NCBI GenBank assembly: GCA_963798485.1
Contig: CAWCTR010000032.1
Location: forward strand, 18,984 to 82,983
Reading direction: 5' to 3'
DNA length: 64,000 nucleotides
From: an uncultured delta proteobacterium
GTDB lineage: Bacteria > Desulfobacterota > Desulfomonilia > UBA1062
Shown: positions 10,348-20,408 of the stretch, piece after piece
Numbering within the stretch: position 1 is the stretch's first letter
Layout: each line of letters begins with the position of its first letter
Made by a program: the position numbers and the translations under genes
Notes under the pieces: model-generated
What the model saw: the letters and a program-made list of their open reading frames with translations, nothing else
Told to the model about the DNA's origin: nothing
Databases searched by the model: none

Positions 10348-10420
10348 AGGGGGATCGCTTATACGATTCTTTACCTTGGGTTGGTTTCTTTCACACTATA
10401 AAGAGAAAGGACTTAAGGAT

Positions 10421-11068
10421 ATGGTAAGGAAAATCTTTGAAGGTTTGTACGCATTCATCTGGCAGGATAACCGGCAGAACAACTGCAACAGCTACCTTAT
10501 CGACGACGGGAAACGCATCCTCATCGACCCGGGACACAGCCACCTGTTCAGTCATGTAGAACAAGGGTTCGCATCGCTTAAAATCGATCCGGCCTCCATT
10601 GACCTCATTATCATTACCCATGCACATCCCGATCACATGGAGGCTGCCCAGCTCTTCAAGAAACCCACCCAGCTCGCCATGGGCGCTACCGAGTTCGGAT
10701 ACCTCAAGGAACTGGCAGGGGAGTATTACAAGGTGCCGGAGCCGGATTTCTTTTTAGCGCCAGGGGACCTGGAAGTCGGCAGCCTACGGTTCGAGGTCAT
10801 CGATACACCCGGCCACACGCCCGGGTCCATCTGCCTGAACTGGCCCAAGCAGGGGGCGCTCTTCACCGGGGACCTCATCTTCGAACAGGGCATAGGGCGG
10901 ACGGATCTCCCCGGAGGCAGCGGCAGCCAGCTCAAGGAAAGCATCCTGAAGGTGGAATCTTTACCGGCTCAATATCTTTTCCCCGGCCACGGCAATATAA
11001 TCAGTGGGGCCATGGCGGTAAAAGACAACTTCAAGCAGATCAAGGAGTACTGGTTCAGATATCTCTAG
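10421..11068 (+). CDS. MBL-fold metallo-hydrolase
   Basis: THAHPDH, TPGHTPG, TGD, PGHG. Confidence 0.9.
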   Translation: MVRKIFEGLYAFIWQDNRQNNCNSYLIDDGKRILIDPGHSHLFSHVEQGFASLKIDPASIDLIIITHAHPDHMEAAQLFKKPTQLAMGATEFGYLKELAGEYYKVPEPDFFLAPGDLEVGSLRFEVIDTPGHTPGSICLNWPKQGALFTGDLIFEQGIGRTDLPGGSGSQLKESILKVESLPAQYLFPGHGNIISGAMAVKDNFKQIKEYWFRYL

Positions 11069-11571
11069 AGTGAGCGGATCTGTTGCCTGAACCGGTCCTT
11101 GAGACCTTTTACAAAGGCCGGCCAAACCTCATCATGATCCATGTTCGGTACCAGGGCCGTACCTGATATACCCCTTGCCTTGAGCTCGGACAACATACGT
11201 CCCTGGTGCTCTTGCCTGTACAGCTCATAACGGGCATGGTAGTCATTGATAAAATCTGCAAACGGCTTCACTTCAAGCCCGAGAACCTCTGTAAGGGTCT
11301 TAAGGATAAGGCTGTTGTCCCCATCAGGGTCAATATGGCGGGTTAACTCGGCATGGAGGATATCGGCTAATGCATTGTAGCGGGATGACTCAACAGTAAA
11401 ATCTTTCATGAGTTCATCAATGGTAATCTTCTGATCCATAAGCATCTGGACCCATCCCCTGGCCTTGTCCTCCCATTCCTTTCGCTGGAGGGCCTCTCTA
11501 TCCTCCCGGCTCATGGCAAGGTTCTTGGTCCTCTCCATGACCAGATCCAGCGTACTCTTTATCTTTGCCAT
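11065..11571 (-). CDS. Conserved-looking hypothetical protein
   Basis: Likely start MAKIKSTLDLVMERTK; helical; upstream extension in the ORF track overlaps the hydrolase gene. Confidence 0.7.
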   Translation of the reverse strand: MAKIKSTLDLVMERTKNLAMSREDREALQRKEWEDKARGWVQMLMDQKITIDELMKDFTVESSRYNALADILHAELTRHIDPDGDNSLILKTLTEVLGLEVKPFADFINDYHARYELYRQEHQGRMLSELKARGISGTALVPNMDHDEVWPAFVKGLKDRFRQQIRSL

Positions 11572-11600
11572 AGCTTCATCCCCGAACGTTTTTACCCCGG

Positions 11601-12566
11601 TCAAACCCGACGCACATGCCCGGTAATTACCCCGATGATCTCGGGCCATAACACGGGCGGGAGCGAGTGGCCCATGCCATCGAAGATCTTCAGGCCCGCC
11701 CCACGTATCGACTGTGCCGTATCTATGCCGCATTCAATAGACACCAGCGGGTCATCAGTACCATGTATAACAAGAGTGGGGCTCTTCACCTTGGCAAGCC
11801 TCTCCTTCCTGCTGCCCGAGACAACGATCGCTGCAAGCTGCCGGGCATTTCCCGCCGGGTCAATCCCTCTATGATACGTTTCCACACCGAGCCTGCCTGC
11901 CGTGGTATCATCCATTGGGAAACGCGGTCCGCTCAAGACCCTCCAGACATCCCTGAAGTATGCAACAAAGGCATCCCGGGCGGTGGGAATAGGCCTGAAG
12001 AGTATCTCGATCGCCTCTGTAGAAGGTGGCGGCAGCAGAGGGCTCCCTGTAGTGGACATGATGGATGTTAATGTCATAAGGCGGTCCGGATAAGAAATGG
12101 CAATCTCCTGTCCGATCATACCACCCATGGATACCCCGACAACATGGGCCTTTTCAATATGGAGCGCATCGAGCAGGCCGACAGTATCCTTTGCCATGTC
12201 CGAGATCTTATATGGCGCTATAGAGAGCTTCCCCAACAACAGTGACTGGATATGGGGCATTCCCAATGCAGTCATTTTCGTCGACATGCCTACATCGCGG
12301 TTGTCGAAACGGATTACATAAAATCCTTTTTCAGCAAGCCTAAAACAGAATTCGTCCTCCCAAAGGATCATCTGGCAGCTTAATCCCATGATGAGCAGGA
12401 TCGGATCATTATCCTTGTTGCCGAAGGTATCATAGGCGATCTCGATTCCATTGGCATTGACTAAGCTTAAGGGAGAATGTGGTATCTGTGCATTCATGAT
12501 CTTGATTATCTCTTCTTCCATACGTTGTCTTTGCCTCCTTTTCATATCATCAACCTTCCTCTTCAT
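11601..12566 (-). CDS. Alpha/beta hydrolase (start uncertain)
   Basis: LLIMGL, FDNRDVG, GVSMGG nucleophile elbow, HGTDD, GMGH. Confidence 0.9.
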   Translation of the reverse strand: MKRKVDDMKRRQRQRMEEEIIKIMNAQIPHSPLSLVNANGIEIAYDTFGNKDNDPILLIMGLSCQMILWEDEFCFRLAEKGFYVIRFDNRDVGMSTKMTALGMPHIQSLLLGKLSIAPYKISDMAKDTVGLLDALHIEKAHVVGVSMGGMIGQEIAISYPDRLMTLTSIMSTTGSPLLPPPSTEAIEILFRPIPTARDAFVAYFRDVWRVLSGPRFPMDDTTAGRLGVETYHRGIDPAGNARQLAAIVVSGSRKERLAKVKSPTLVIHGTDDPLVSIECGIDTAQSIRGAGLKIFDGMGHSLPPVLWPEIIGVITGHVRRV

Positions 12567-12749
12567 AAAGACAAAGATTTTCCTGTTGTCTGAAAATGTC
12601 CGGTCCGTTACAATATATCATCGGCCGCATCTTCCGAGAAGCTCCTTAGGATGCAGACGAACGCCGTGAAAACCGCATCCCTTAGGGCCTCTTTGATCAT
12701 ATGGCCTCAATTTACGTGAAACGAATGACAAAGGAGGATGATCAAAGCC

Positions 12750-13121
12750 ATGTCAGAAGAGACCAAGAAACATGCCCACGAAAAGCCCATCGACAAGATG
12801 ACCATCAAGGAGCTCAGGGAGGTCGCCATGGAGATCCCCCACGAGCATACGGAAGTCGCTGTCCGGGATATGACCAAGGAGCAGCTCATTGTTTTCATCA
12901 AGGAGGCAAAAGGCATCAAGGACGAAGGGCCTGTCCATCATGACAAGAAGAAGAAAAAGCCTAAGGCAAAGGTAATCTTGTCCAAGCAGGATATCAAGGC
13001 CAAGATCAGGGACCTCAAAAAGGTAAAAACCGCTGCGTATGAGAATAAGGAAGAAACCCGGGTTGCCATCCTGCGCAGGCGCATCAGCAGGTTAAAAAAA
13101 CTGAGCAGAAAGATCGCCTGA
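12750..13121 (+). CDS. Small basic protein with Rho N-terminal-like helical domain
   Basis: KMTIKELREVA...MTKEQLI; Lys/Arg-rich C-terminus; SD GGAGG. Confidence 0.7.
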   Translation: MSEETKKHAHEKPIDKMTIKELREVAMEIPHEHTEVAVRDMTKEQLIVFIKEAKGIKDEGPVHHDKKKKKPKAKVILSKQDIKAKIRDLKKVKTAAYENKEETRVAILRRRISRLKKLSRKIA

Positions 13122-13599
13122 TACGAATAGATAAACGGGCAGCCCATGCAGGTGATTTCAAGGCATCCATGCCGTGGCTGCCCGGGGTACCTTATGAATC
13201 GTATTACCTGGGAGAAACCCAGATTGTCGACGGGTCTGGGGTAGTCCGGGCACGGATGAGCAGTCATGGTATTATCAAAGAGTAAAAAGAAAGGGCCCTA
13301 TGAGCATGTCTACAATACGCCAAGATGGGCAATCTGCCTGATCAGGGAGAACAATCATTGGAAAACCTTTTCTTCCCAGGGTAGAATTAATTTGCTTACA
13401 ATCATAAAAGTTTCTCCTCCCTATAAATTTTCAACTATATGTAATACAACGGTAATACAGATTATTATTAAATAGTACTAGACTATACCTGTAAATAACC
13501 TGGGGGTATTTCAGTAATTATAACTCATTTATTTGGCACATTTTGTGTAACATATAATCGATGTGAGCATATCCTGTTATCATCTGAAAACCATGAAAG

Positions 13600-15543
13600 A
13601 TGTACATCGGCACCCAATCCAGCTTCAACGAAAGAAGAACTCAAATGAAAAACCCAACAACAGATCTGAGTTTTGTGACTACCAGAGCTGAATCGGAGAC
13701 CAAGAGCTCGGTATCTGTATCCCTAACTACCCTAAGCAAGACCGATTGCATAGGAAGCCTTAAGAATATCGAAGAAGCTGTGAGTTTCAACATCAAGAGT
13801 CCCATCAAAGATGATGTTATCTCGAACAAGGATCTTATAGATCCTGCAACCATGTATCCGCTCAAGTTGGAAAGAGATATCGTTGAAGCACGTCAGGTAT
13901 TTCATGATCAAAGTGCCTGGGAAGATCTACTGACTTACAGCAGAACAATAAAACAATATGAAAATGAAGGATTCGTACCGGATTCTATTTCAGCTATCAA
14001 CCACATGAAAGTTCAGAATGGCTATGTTCCCGAAGAAATATCACATCAGGAATTAACAGGTAGACAGTTGATAAGACAAGCAAAATTAATCAGCAAGGCA
14101 CCGTTTTTCAAAGCAATAACATCACATGTTGAGAATAGGGAAGTTAATGGGTTCTCTAAACAGAAACGACTCATCGAGGAGACAATTCAAATTTTAAACC
14201 TGCTAAGAAGGATTGGTAACGTTTTTAGATGCAATAAGATACATACGATGTTGGGAACTCCCGTGGAGGTAAACGTTGCCTGGCAATGTTTCGGTACCAT
14301 CTGGCCTGCCGGGATTGATTTATATGCAATACTGAGGGAATTATATCCAGCCTTTCATGCGCGCATTACTGGCCAGATTCCTCATTATATCGCAGAGAAC
14401 CTGGAATGTTTATTAGATCAAAACGTTGATAGGAAGACTATTCGCGGTATAGGTAGGTTTCTTGTTGATGATAATAGCAGATTTCTCGGGTTATACCCTG
14501 TTGCAGAAGTTCCTGTAGAGCATGTCACTCTTGACTCAACATTCGTTTCTCAAGACCAGATTGGAAGGAAGGCACTAGTTAAGAGAGTATTGGATGACAT
14601 TACAGATATAATGCAAGGAGATCGTAATAAACCCATGGTGGTATTAGATTATGCCGGGGGAGTTGGGAACCTTTCCGAGTTATTGTTGAAGATGATTTAT
14701 TCTCTTGAGGATAATGAACTACGGGCAAGACTAATGAACAAGGTAAAGGCAGTGGTAATTGATTTGGAGGACGATCAGCTTGAAGCAGGACGAAAGAGAT
14801 TTGAAGTGATGGGCAAAAAGCCAGAACTGCAAGGAATCAAAGATAGAATCATTTTCATGAAAGGTGATGTAACCAAGCCATTGAGCGAATATCAATTAAA
14901 AAGTATACATAACAAGTTTGGCATAAAATATCACGATCAACCTATTTATCTGGGAATGACTGCATACACGATAGGCGCCCTTGATATTCAATCTGATCAG
15001 GATGTGACTACATATGCACAAGCAATGGCTCGTGAAGTATTTAAACAGTGCAGTAAAATTTATGCCGTTGATTTTTCTTCGCCCATGTGGAGATTAAATG
15101 ATTTCTTAAGAGATACAGATAGATGGGGAAATGAATACTTAAGAACAATACATGGTGTGCCGGACCCTCAAGATGAATATACACCATTACCCCGAATTAT
15201 AGCTTCATGGTTGTCATTCCGGCATGGATTGAAATGTAAGACAATAGCTGAGTTTGTCAGGTCCATGGCTCTGGCCCCGGCATTAGCGGCACATTATCTT
15301 ACAGCGTGGCCTGGTTCCGAGGGACACAGTGCCGGGTACAGCGTAGGGGAATGTGGTATGATAAAAAAACCTGGAATACTATCTTTTGCCAATAGCCTGC
15401 AGTCATATGGCGCCAGTGTTGCTTACAAATCGAAAGTATGGCTTGTTGGGACTCTGGATCTCGGAAGAACTTCAAAAGATACTCGTGCCTGGGCATTCAT
15501 CCCCGGATGGGTAGCTGATTTTGTTGTTGCCAGAAATAAATAA
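13600..15543 (+). CDS. Large hypothetical protein with class I SAM-methyltransferase-like core
   Basis: VVLDYAGGVG (motif I), VVIDLE, FMKGDVT; AT-rich relative to flanks. Confidence 0.6.
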   Translation: MYIGTQSSFNERRTQMKNPTTDLSFVTTRAESETKSSVSVSLTTLSKTDCIGSLKNIEEAVSFNIKSPIKDDVISNKDLIDPATMYPLKLERDIVEARQVFHDQSAWEDLLTYSRTIKQYENEGFVPDSISAINHMKVQNGYVPEEISHQELTGRQLIRQAKLISKAPFFKAITSHVENREVNGFSKQKRLIEETIQILNLLRRIGNVFRCNKIHTMLGTPVEVNVAWQCFGTIWPAGIDLYAILRELYPAFHARITGQIPHYIAENLECLLDQNVDRKTIRGIGRFLVDDNSRFLGLYPVAEVPVEHVTLDSTFVSQDQIGRKALVKRVLDDITDIMQGDRNKPMVVLDYAGGVGNLSELLLKMIYSLEDNELRARLMNKVKAVVIDLEDDQLEAGRKRFEVMGKKPELQGIKDRIIFMKGDVTKPLSEYQLKSIHNKFGIKYHDQPIYLGMTAYTIGALDIQSDQDVTTYAQAMAREVFKQCSKIYAVDFSSPMWRLNDFLRDTDRWGNEYLRTIHGVPDPQDEYTPLPRIIASWLSFRHGLKCKTIAEFVRSMALAPALAAHYLTAWPGSEGHSAGYSVGECGMIKKPGILSFANSLQSYGASVAYKSKVWLVGTLDLGRTSKDTRAWAFIPGWVADFVVARNK

Positions 15544-15816
15544 GGGGTTTGACTAGTTCCATAGCACCACTGGTCCAGTCACCGTAGCGGATGTGACTTT
15601 CGGCCACGACTGGAGTCAAATACAGGGGAGGAGGGGCTAACTGAATCTGCATGAAACCCCTTGCATATGTTCAGTCTCGAGTAAAATTGTATTATCAAAT
15701 ACATGTTATCATACAAATGCATGTCCTGTTCTGTGGCATATGAATGTAAGAATCAACCAAGCCCAGACTGACATCAGAAAGTACTACAATACCCAAGGGT
15801 ATCTACAGCTCCATGT

Positions 15817-17493
15817 TCACATGGACTCGGCTTGGTGAGGCACTTCGGGCATTGACATGGTTCCCTTCAGGCGTCTTTTTAAGAGGGCATATCTCATCAA
15901 AGCAGGTATTAACGCGAGCAGGGTATGAACCTGGTAGTATGGTGTATCCACATACCCTTCAACAGGCGGCGGCAGAGGGAGTCCCTTAAGTGATGCCAGT
16001 TTCTCTTCGATAAGCTCCCCTTGATTGTCATAGAGCCCTTCCTCGATTTGTTCCAGATAATTCATGTAACCTTTCTCAACGTATTGCCTCAAGTTGCGGT
16101 TTATCCGCTTCATACCATATCCCATGGAGACCCCCATAAAGGCCCGGAAGAGATCTTTTGAGAATACATCCCTCAAAATGTTCCAGTGAGAATAAGTCCG
16201 GTCGTTGATGTCAAAGATCAGCCTCTGCAGGGTGCTGGGTTTCATCCGCTTCGGGAAATAGGTGACGAAACTCCCGGTCATGTAATCCCAGTAATCGAGA
16301 TTCGTTTGATCGGTTTTTTCATAATATGTCATGAAGCGCCTGTTCAGGGGGATCAGACGCTCCTCATTTTCATTATCCTCCAGATCGTGAAGTATGAACA
16401 GATTCAGGATGAGCCGGTTTTTCGTAACGAAGTCAATCATATCCCTGGCGTTCTCTGGCGTATCTTCATCATACCCGAGCACAAACGTTGACAGGACATT
16501 CATACCGTGATCCGTAATGCTACGGATGCTCTTGAGTACTTCCTCGTGTGTCTGTCTCTTATTGAATGCCTTGAGGCTTTTATCAAGGAGTGATTCTACA
16601 CCGACAATGATCACCTTTACCCCGGCCTTGTGAAGCATTTCAAGCATTTCCTTGTCTCTGCCGATCTCGTGCCGCTCGAATATGATGAACTGTACGCCAA
16701 GGTTCTCATCAACGATTCTTTGAAGGAGAGCTTTGGTATGTTTACGGTCGCTGCAGAAGTCATTGTCCACGACAAAAAACCGCTCATTATATTTGCGCCT
16801 CTTCTTGATATCCTCTATGACACTGTCGATATCCCTGTTTCGGTAGACACCCTGGAACAGCTTATGTGTGGGACAGAATCTGCATCGGAAACGGCACCCT
16901 CGCGTGGTCTGCAACGTATTGACCACCGTTCTGAGTCCTCTGACTCGCGGCTTCACCCGGTCAAACCCTTCAATGAGCGTGATATCGGGTATGGTTGCCG
17001 GGATCTCCGGGGGTGTCCCATCGGGGGTATGGACAATCTGCCCTTCCCGTAGAAATGAGATCCCTGGAAGCGCCTCTATATCGCCTCTGGTGTTCATGCA
17101 TTCGATAAGACGCGGTAGGACGTCATCGCCTTCGCACCGCACCGCATACGTACAGCAATCAAGAACCTTTTCCGGAAAGTAACAGACCATTGGGCCGCCC
17201 ATAATGATGGGGAGTCCGACCCTTTCCTTAAGTACCTTCTTGGCAAATTCCCTCACCTTATTCATTGCCGGGGCAAACACGGTCAGGCATAATATATCAG
17301 CTTCGGTTATAACATCGAATTCCATGGTGCTTACTCCCTCGAGGAAGTACCGGACCTGATAACCCCTGTCCCGCATAAGAGAGGCGAGGAGCAGGCTGCC
17401 ATACTTGGGGAATAGCTGATTGAGTGAACCCAAGGTGTTTATCTTGGCATTGAATTCAATAAAGTTAATCCTTCTGATGGCTGATTGTCCCAT
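15817..17493 (-). CDS. B12-binding-domain radical SAM protein
   Basis: TTRGCRFRCRFC (CxxxCxxC); N-terminal ...IIMGGP...GDD cobalamin-binding-type domain. Confidence 0.88.
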   Translation of the reverse strand: MGQSAIRRINFIEFNAKINTLGSLNQLFPKYGSLLLASLMRDRGYQVRYFLEGVSTMEFDVITEADILCLTVFAPAMNKVREFAKKVLKERVGLPIIMGGPMVCYFPEKVLDCCTYAVRCEGDDVLPRLIECMNTRGDIEALPGISFLREGQIVHTPDGTPPEIPATIPDITLIEGFDRVKPRVRGLRTVVNTLQTTRGCRFRCRFCPTHKLFQGVYRNRDIDSVIEDIKKRRKYNERFFVVDNDFCSDRKHTKALLQRIVDENLGVQFIIFERHEIGRDKEMLEMLHKAGVKVIIVGVESLLDKSLKAFNKRQTHEEVLKSIRSITDHGMNVLSTFVLGYDEDTPENARDMIDFVTKNRLILNLFILHDLEDNENEERLIPLNRRFMTYYEKTDQTNLDYWDYMTGSFVTYFPKRMKPSTLQRLIFDINDRTYSHWNILRDVFSKDLFRAFMGVSMGYGMKRINRNLRQYVEKGYMNYLEQIEEGLYDNQGELIEEKLASLKGLPLPPPVEGYVDTPYYQVHTLLALIPALMRYALLKRRLKGTMSMPEVPHQAESM

Positions 17494-17559
17494 GGCCAAA
17501 CCTCCCGGTGATTAACCTTCACGTCATTCTTCAATAATAAACCTAATGTCCTCAAATAC

Positions 17560-17746
17560 AAGAATATCTTCATATGTTTTTCCATCTCGTATACAAGGGT
17601 TGAGAGGCTTATGGTGATAACCAGGTATATGGCCGCTATTGTAAACCAGACCTCAAAGACCAGAAATGTCTATGCCACGATAGCCTGTGGCCCTGCATGG
17701 TCAGGTCATAGATTGCAATGGTGCTCACCAGGGCCGAGTCTTTGAG
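17560..17746 (-). pseudogene. C-terminal remnant of a polar amino-acid ABC permease
   Basis: LKDSALVSTIAIYDLTMQG, 2-nt frameshift, then QAIVA*TFLVFEVWFTIAAIYLVITISLSTLVYEMEK. Confidence 0.7.
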
Positions 17747-17849
17747 GTAAAGGCACCAATACCTCCTATGGGCGAGATGACAAAGTAGAGTAAAAAAAGA
17801 GACCGATTAAGATTGTATGTCAGCGGCCATAAGTATATGCGGCAAACAA

Positions 17850-19508
17850 CTACCTGACGAGCCCTGCCTTGACAAACGCCTGATTAATAAGGTCACGGGC
17901 GCCTTCCTGCAGCTGCTTCAGGTGTTCGGCGCCTTTGAAGCTCTCTGCATAGACCTTGTAGATATCCTCCGTACCCGAAGGACGCGCTGCGAACCAGCCA
18001 CCAGCGGTCATTACCTTGATCCCGCCGATGGGGGCCTTATTGGCCGGGGCCTCGGTGAGGACGGATTGGATTGCATCCCCTGCCAAGTCCCCTTTTGCGA
18101 TAAGTCCCGGAGAGATCTTGCCCAGTACCGCCTTCTGGGCCGGGCTTGCCGGGACATCCGTACGTTCGTAGGCAAACGCGCCGAATTGCGATTCAAGCCC
18201 GTGATAGAGCTCGGATGGGTCCTTGCCCCGCACCGCCATCATCTCTGCGGCAAGGAGGTCCATAATTATGCCGTCCTTGTCCGTTGTCCACACCGTACCG
18301 TCCGTGCGCAGGAACGATGCACCGGCGCTCTCTTCGCCTCCGAAGCCCAGGGACCCATCAATAAGTCCCTTGACGAACCACTTGAACCCCACCGGCACCT
18401 CGACAAGCCGCCTGCCCAGAGAATGGGCAACCCGGTCGATCATGGAGCTGCTCACCAGGGTCTTGCCGACAGAGGCGTCTCTTCTCCACCTGTCCCTTGT
18501 TGCAAAAAGATATTCGATGGCAACGGCCAGGTAGTGGTTGGGATTCATGAGGCCGCCTGTCTTTGTTACTATGCCATGCCGGTCAAAGTCCGGGTCATTG
18601 CCGAAGGCAAGGTCGAAGCGGTCTCTCAGACCGATGAGGCCGGCCATGGCATAGGGCGAAGAGCAGTCCATCCTGATCTTGCCGTCATGATCCACGGTCA
18701 TGAACCCGAAGGTCGGGTCGGCCTTGCCGTGCATGAGCTCGATATCAAGCCCGTACCGCTCGGCTATATGCGGCCAGAAGGCAAAGCCCGCACCGCCCAG
18801 GGCATCGGAGCCCAGCTTAAGTCCTGCAGAAGAGACGGCATTCATGTTGACGATGCTGGAGAGCCCTTCCACATACGGGCCGATGTAATCATACAGGGTC
18901 GTGGTGGGCGCCTTGATGGCCCGCTCAAAGGGTATGCGCCTTACCGAGGCATTTCGGCCTTCAAGGATCTTGTTGGCCTTAAGGGCTATCCATGCAGTGA
19001 TATTCGTGTCGGCAGGCCCCCCTGAAGGAGGGTTATACTTGAAGCCCCCGTCTTCGGGTGGATTGTGGGACGGCGTCACCACAATGCCGTCTGAGAGCGG
19101 GCGTTGCCTGCCCTTGTTATAATCGAGTATTGCGTGCGAGATCACCGGTGTGGGGGTAAACCCGCCATCCTCCTGGATCATGACTGTTACGGCATTGGCT
19201 GCAAGGACCTCCAGGGCTGTCCGGAATGCCGGTTCGGAAAGCGCATGGGTATCCTTGCCCATGAACAGCGGCCCGTCAATGCCGAGCTCCTTCTTATGGT
19301 CGCAGATGGCCTGGGTGATGGCAAGGATATGGTCCTCATTAAAACCGTAAGAAAGAGAAGACCCGCGATGGCCTGAGGTGCCGAATGATACCCTGTGGGA
19401 AGCGATATTCATATCGGGATGCAATGAATAGTAGGCATCGATGAGCGCCTGCACATTTACAAGCATCTCTTTCGGCGCCGGTTTACCTGCAAGATGATGG
19501 ACTCCCAT
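17850..19508 (-). CDS. pgm: Phosphoglucomutase
   Basis: FGTSGHRG, TPSHNP, DPDFDR, GEESAG, RPSGTE. Confidence 0.95.
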   Translation of the reverse strand: MGVHHLAGKPAPKEMLVNVQALIDAYYSLHPDMNIASHRVSFGTSGHRGSSLSYGFNEDHILAITQAICDHKKELGIDGPLFMGKDTHALSEPAFRTALEVLAANAVTVMIQEDGGFTPTPVISHAILDYNKGRQRPLSDGIVVTPSHNPPEDGGFKYNPPSGGPADTNITAWIALKANKILEGRNASVRRIPFERAIKAPTTTLYDYIGPYVEGLSSIVNMNAVSSAGLKLGSDALGGAGFAFWPHIAERYGLDIELMHGKADPTFGFMTVDHDGKIRMDCSSPYAMAGLIGLRDRFDLAFGNDPDFDRHGIVTKTGGLMNPNHYLAVAIEYLFATRDRWRRDASVGKTLVSSSMIDRVAHSLGRRLVEVPVGFKWFVKGLIDGSLGFGGEESAGASFLRTDGTVWTTDKDGIIMDLLAAEMMAVRGKDPSELYHGLESQFGAFAYERTDVPASPAQKAVLGKISPGLIAKGDLAGDAIQSVLTEAPANKAPIGGIKVMTAGGWFAARPSGTEDIYKVYAESFKGAEHLKQLQEGARDLINQAFVKAGLVR

Positions 19509-19673
19509 TCTAGGATTCGCCCCCCTTTCCCCTCTTTAATAACGTCAATGAAGCATTCACCTATAGTGAGCTCAGGTCATCTTAATAATAATTGATATTA
19601 AGGGGAAGTCTTTGATTGCACAAGGAAAAAAATATTTCAAGGGATCCTGGGGATAGGTGATGCCTCAAGAGGC

Positions 19674-19703
19674 TTGACAATTACTAGACGACCGGTCTAT
19701 TAT
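19674..19703 (+). promoter_or_regulatory. Sigma70 promoter overlapped by TetR (NemR-like) operator
   Basis: TTGACA...TATTAT with palindrome TAGACGACCGGTCTA (19685-19699) in the spacer. Confidence 0.7.
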
Positions 19704-19725
19704 TATGTCTTGAAAGGAATCCGTT

Positions 19726-20310
19726 ATGGCTCGTGATGCAACCAGGCTCAACCTCATCAAGGAGGGGGCCCGCCTCGTTCATGAAAAAGGATACAACAAT
19801 ACGGGACTGTCCGACATCCTCAAGGCGGCAGGTATTCCCAAGGGATCATTCTATCATTACTTCAGGAGCAAGGATGATTTCGGATTGGCCGTCATCGATT
19901 ACTTCGGCGAATCCATACAGGCAATGCTCAAGGGACCCCTGGATGATACCGGCACACCCCCGCTTGAACGGCTTGCCCGGGTCATGGATACCTATCACTC
20001 GATCTTCGAGAAGATGGGACACCGCTGCGGATGCCCCGTAGGCAACCTGATGCAGGAGATGAGCGATCTGAACGAGGATTTCAGGAACAAAGTGGGTCAT
20101 GTCTATTCCCTCATGAAGGACGGCATCGAACAGTGCTTGAGCCAGGCCCGTGAACAGGGGGATATCGCTGCCGACCTCGATCCGGGCCAGGCCGCCCAGT
20201 TCATCCTCAACAGCTGGGAAGGGGCCATCATGCACATGAAGCTCGCCAAGGACAAAGAGCCCCTCATGGTCTTCAAGAAGATGGTCTTTGAACGCATCCT
20301 GAAGCACTGA
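19726..20310 (+). CDS. TetR-family regulator (NemR/LmrA-like)
   Basis: GIPKGSFYHYFRSKDD HTH; GCPVGNL; WEGA. Confidence 0.9.
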   Translation: MARDATRLNLIKEGARLVHEKGYNNTGLSDILKAAGIPKGSFYHYFRSKDDFGLAVIDYFGESIQAMLKGPLDDTGTPPLERLARVMDTYHSIFEKMGHRCGCPVGNLMQEMSDLNEDFRNKVGHVYSLMKDGIEQCLSQAREQGDIAADLDPGQAAQFILNSWEGAIMHMKLAKDKEPLMVFKKMVFERILKH

Positions 20311-20408
20311 CAGGAAAGGGTTTGCTTGGGGTATTCCAATACATAAGAAGAGTAGCCGCATACGAATGACGACCGGATCACTGCCGGGCGTGAACAGGAG
20401 GGCTATAT

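Noticed and set aside
13125-13425. Strong minus-strand SD (GGGAGGAG) followed by a 16-codon ORF ending in TGA
   Set aside because: Readthrough meets TAG soon after and no frame gives a recognisable protein
15548-15620. Interrupted inverted repeat (TTTGACT...TCCAGTC / GACTGGAGTCAAA) as an ncRNA
   Set aside because: It matches no family I recognise and could be just a terminator-like structure between convergent genes
17650-17748. Inverted repeat ACCTCAAAGAC/GTCTTTGAGGT upstream of the B12 radical SAM gene as a riboswitch
   Set aside because: No cobalamin riboswitch consensus; the region is better explained as a permease pseudogene
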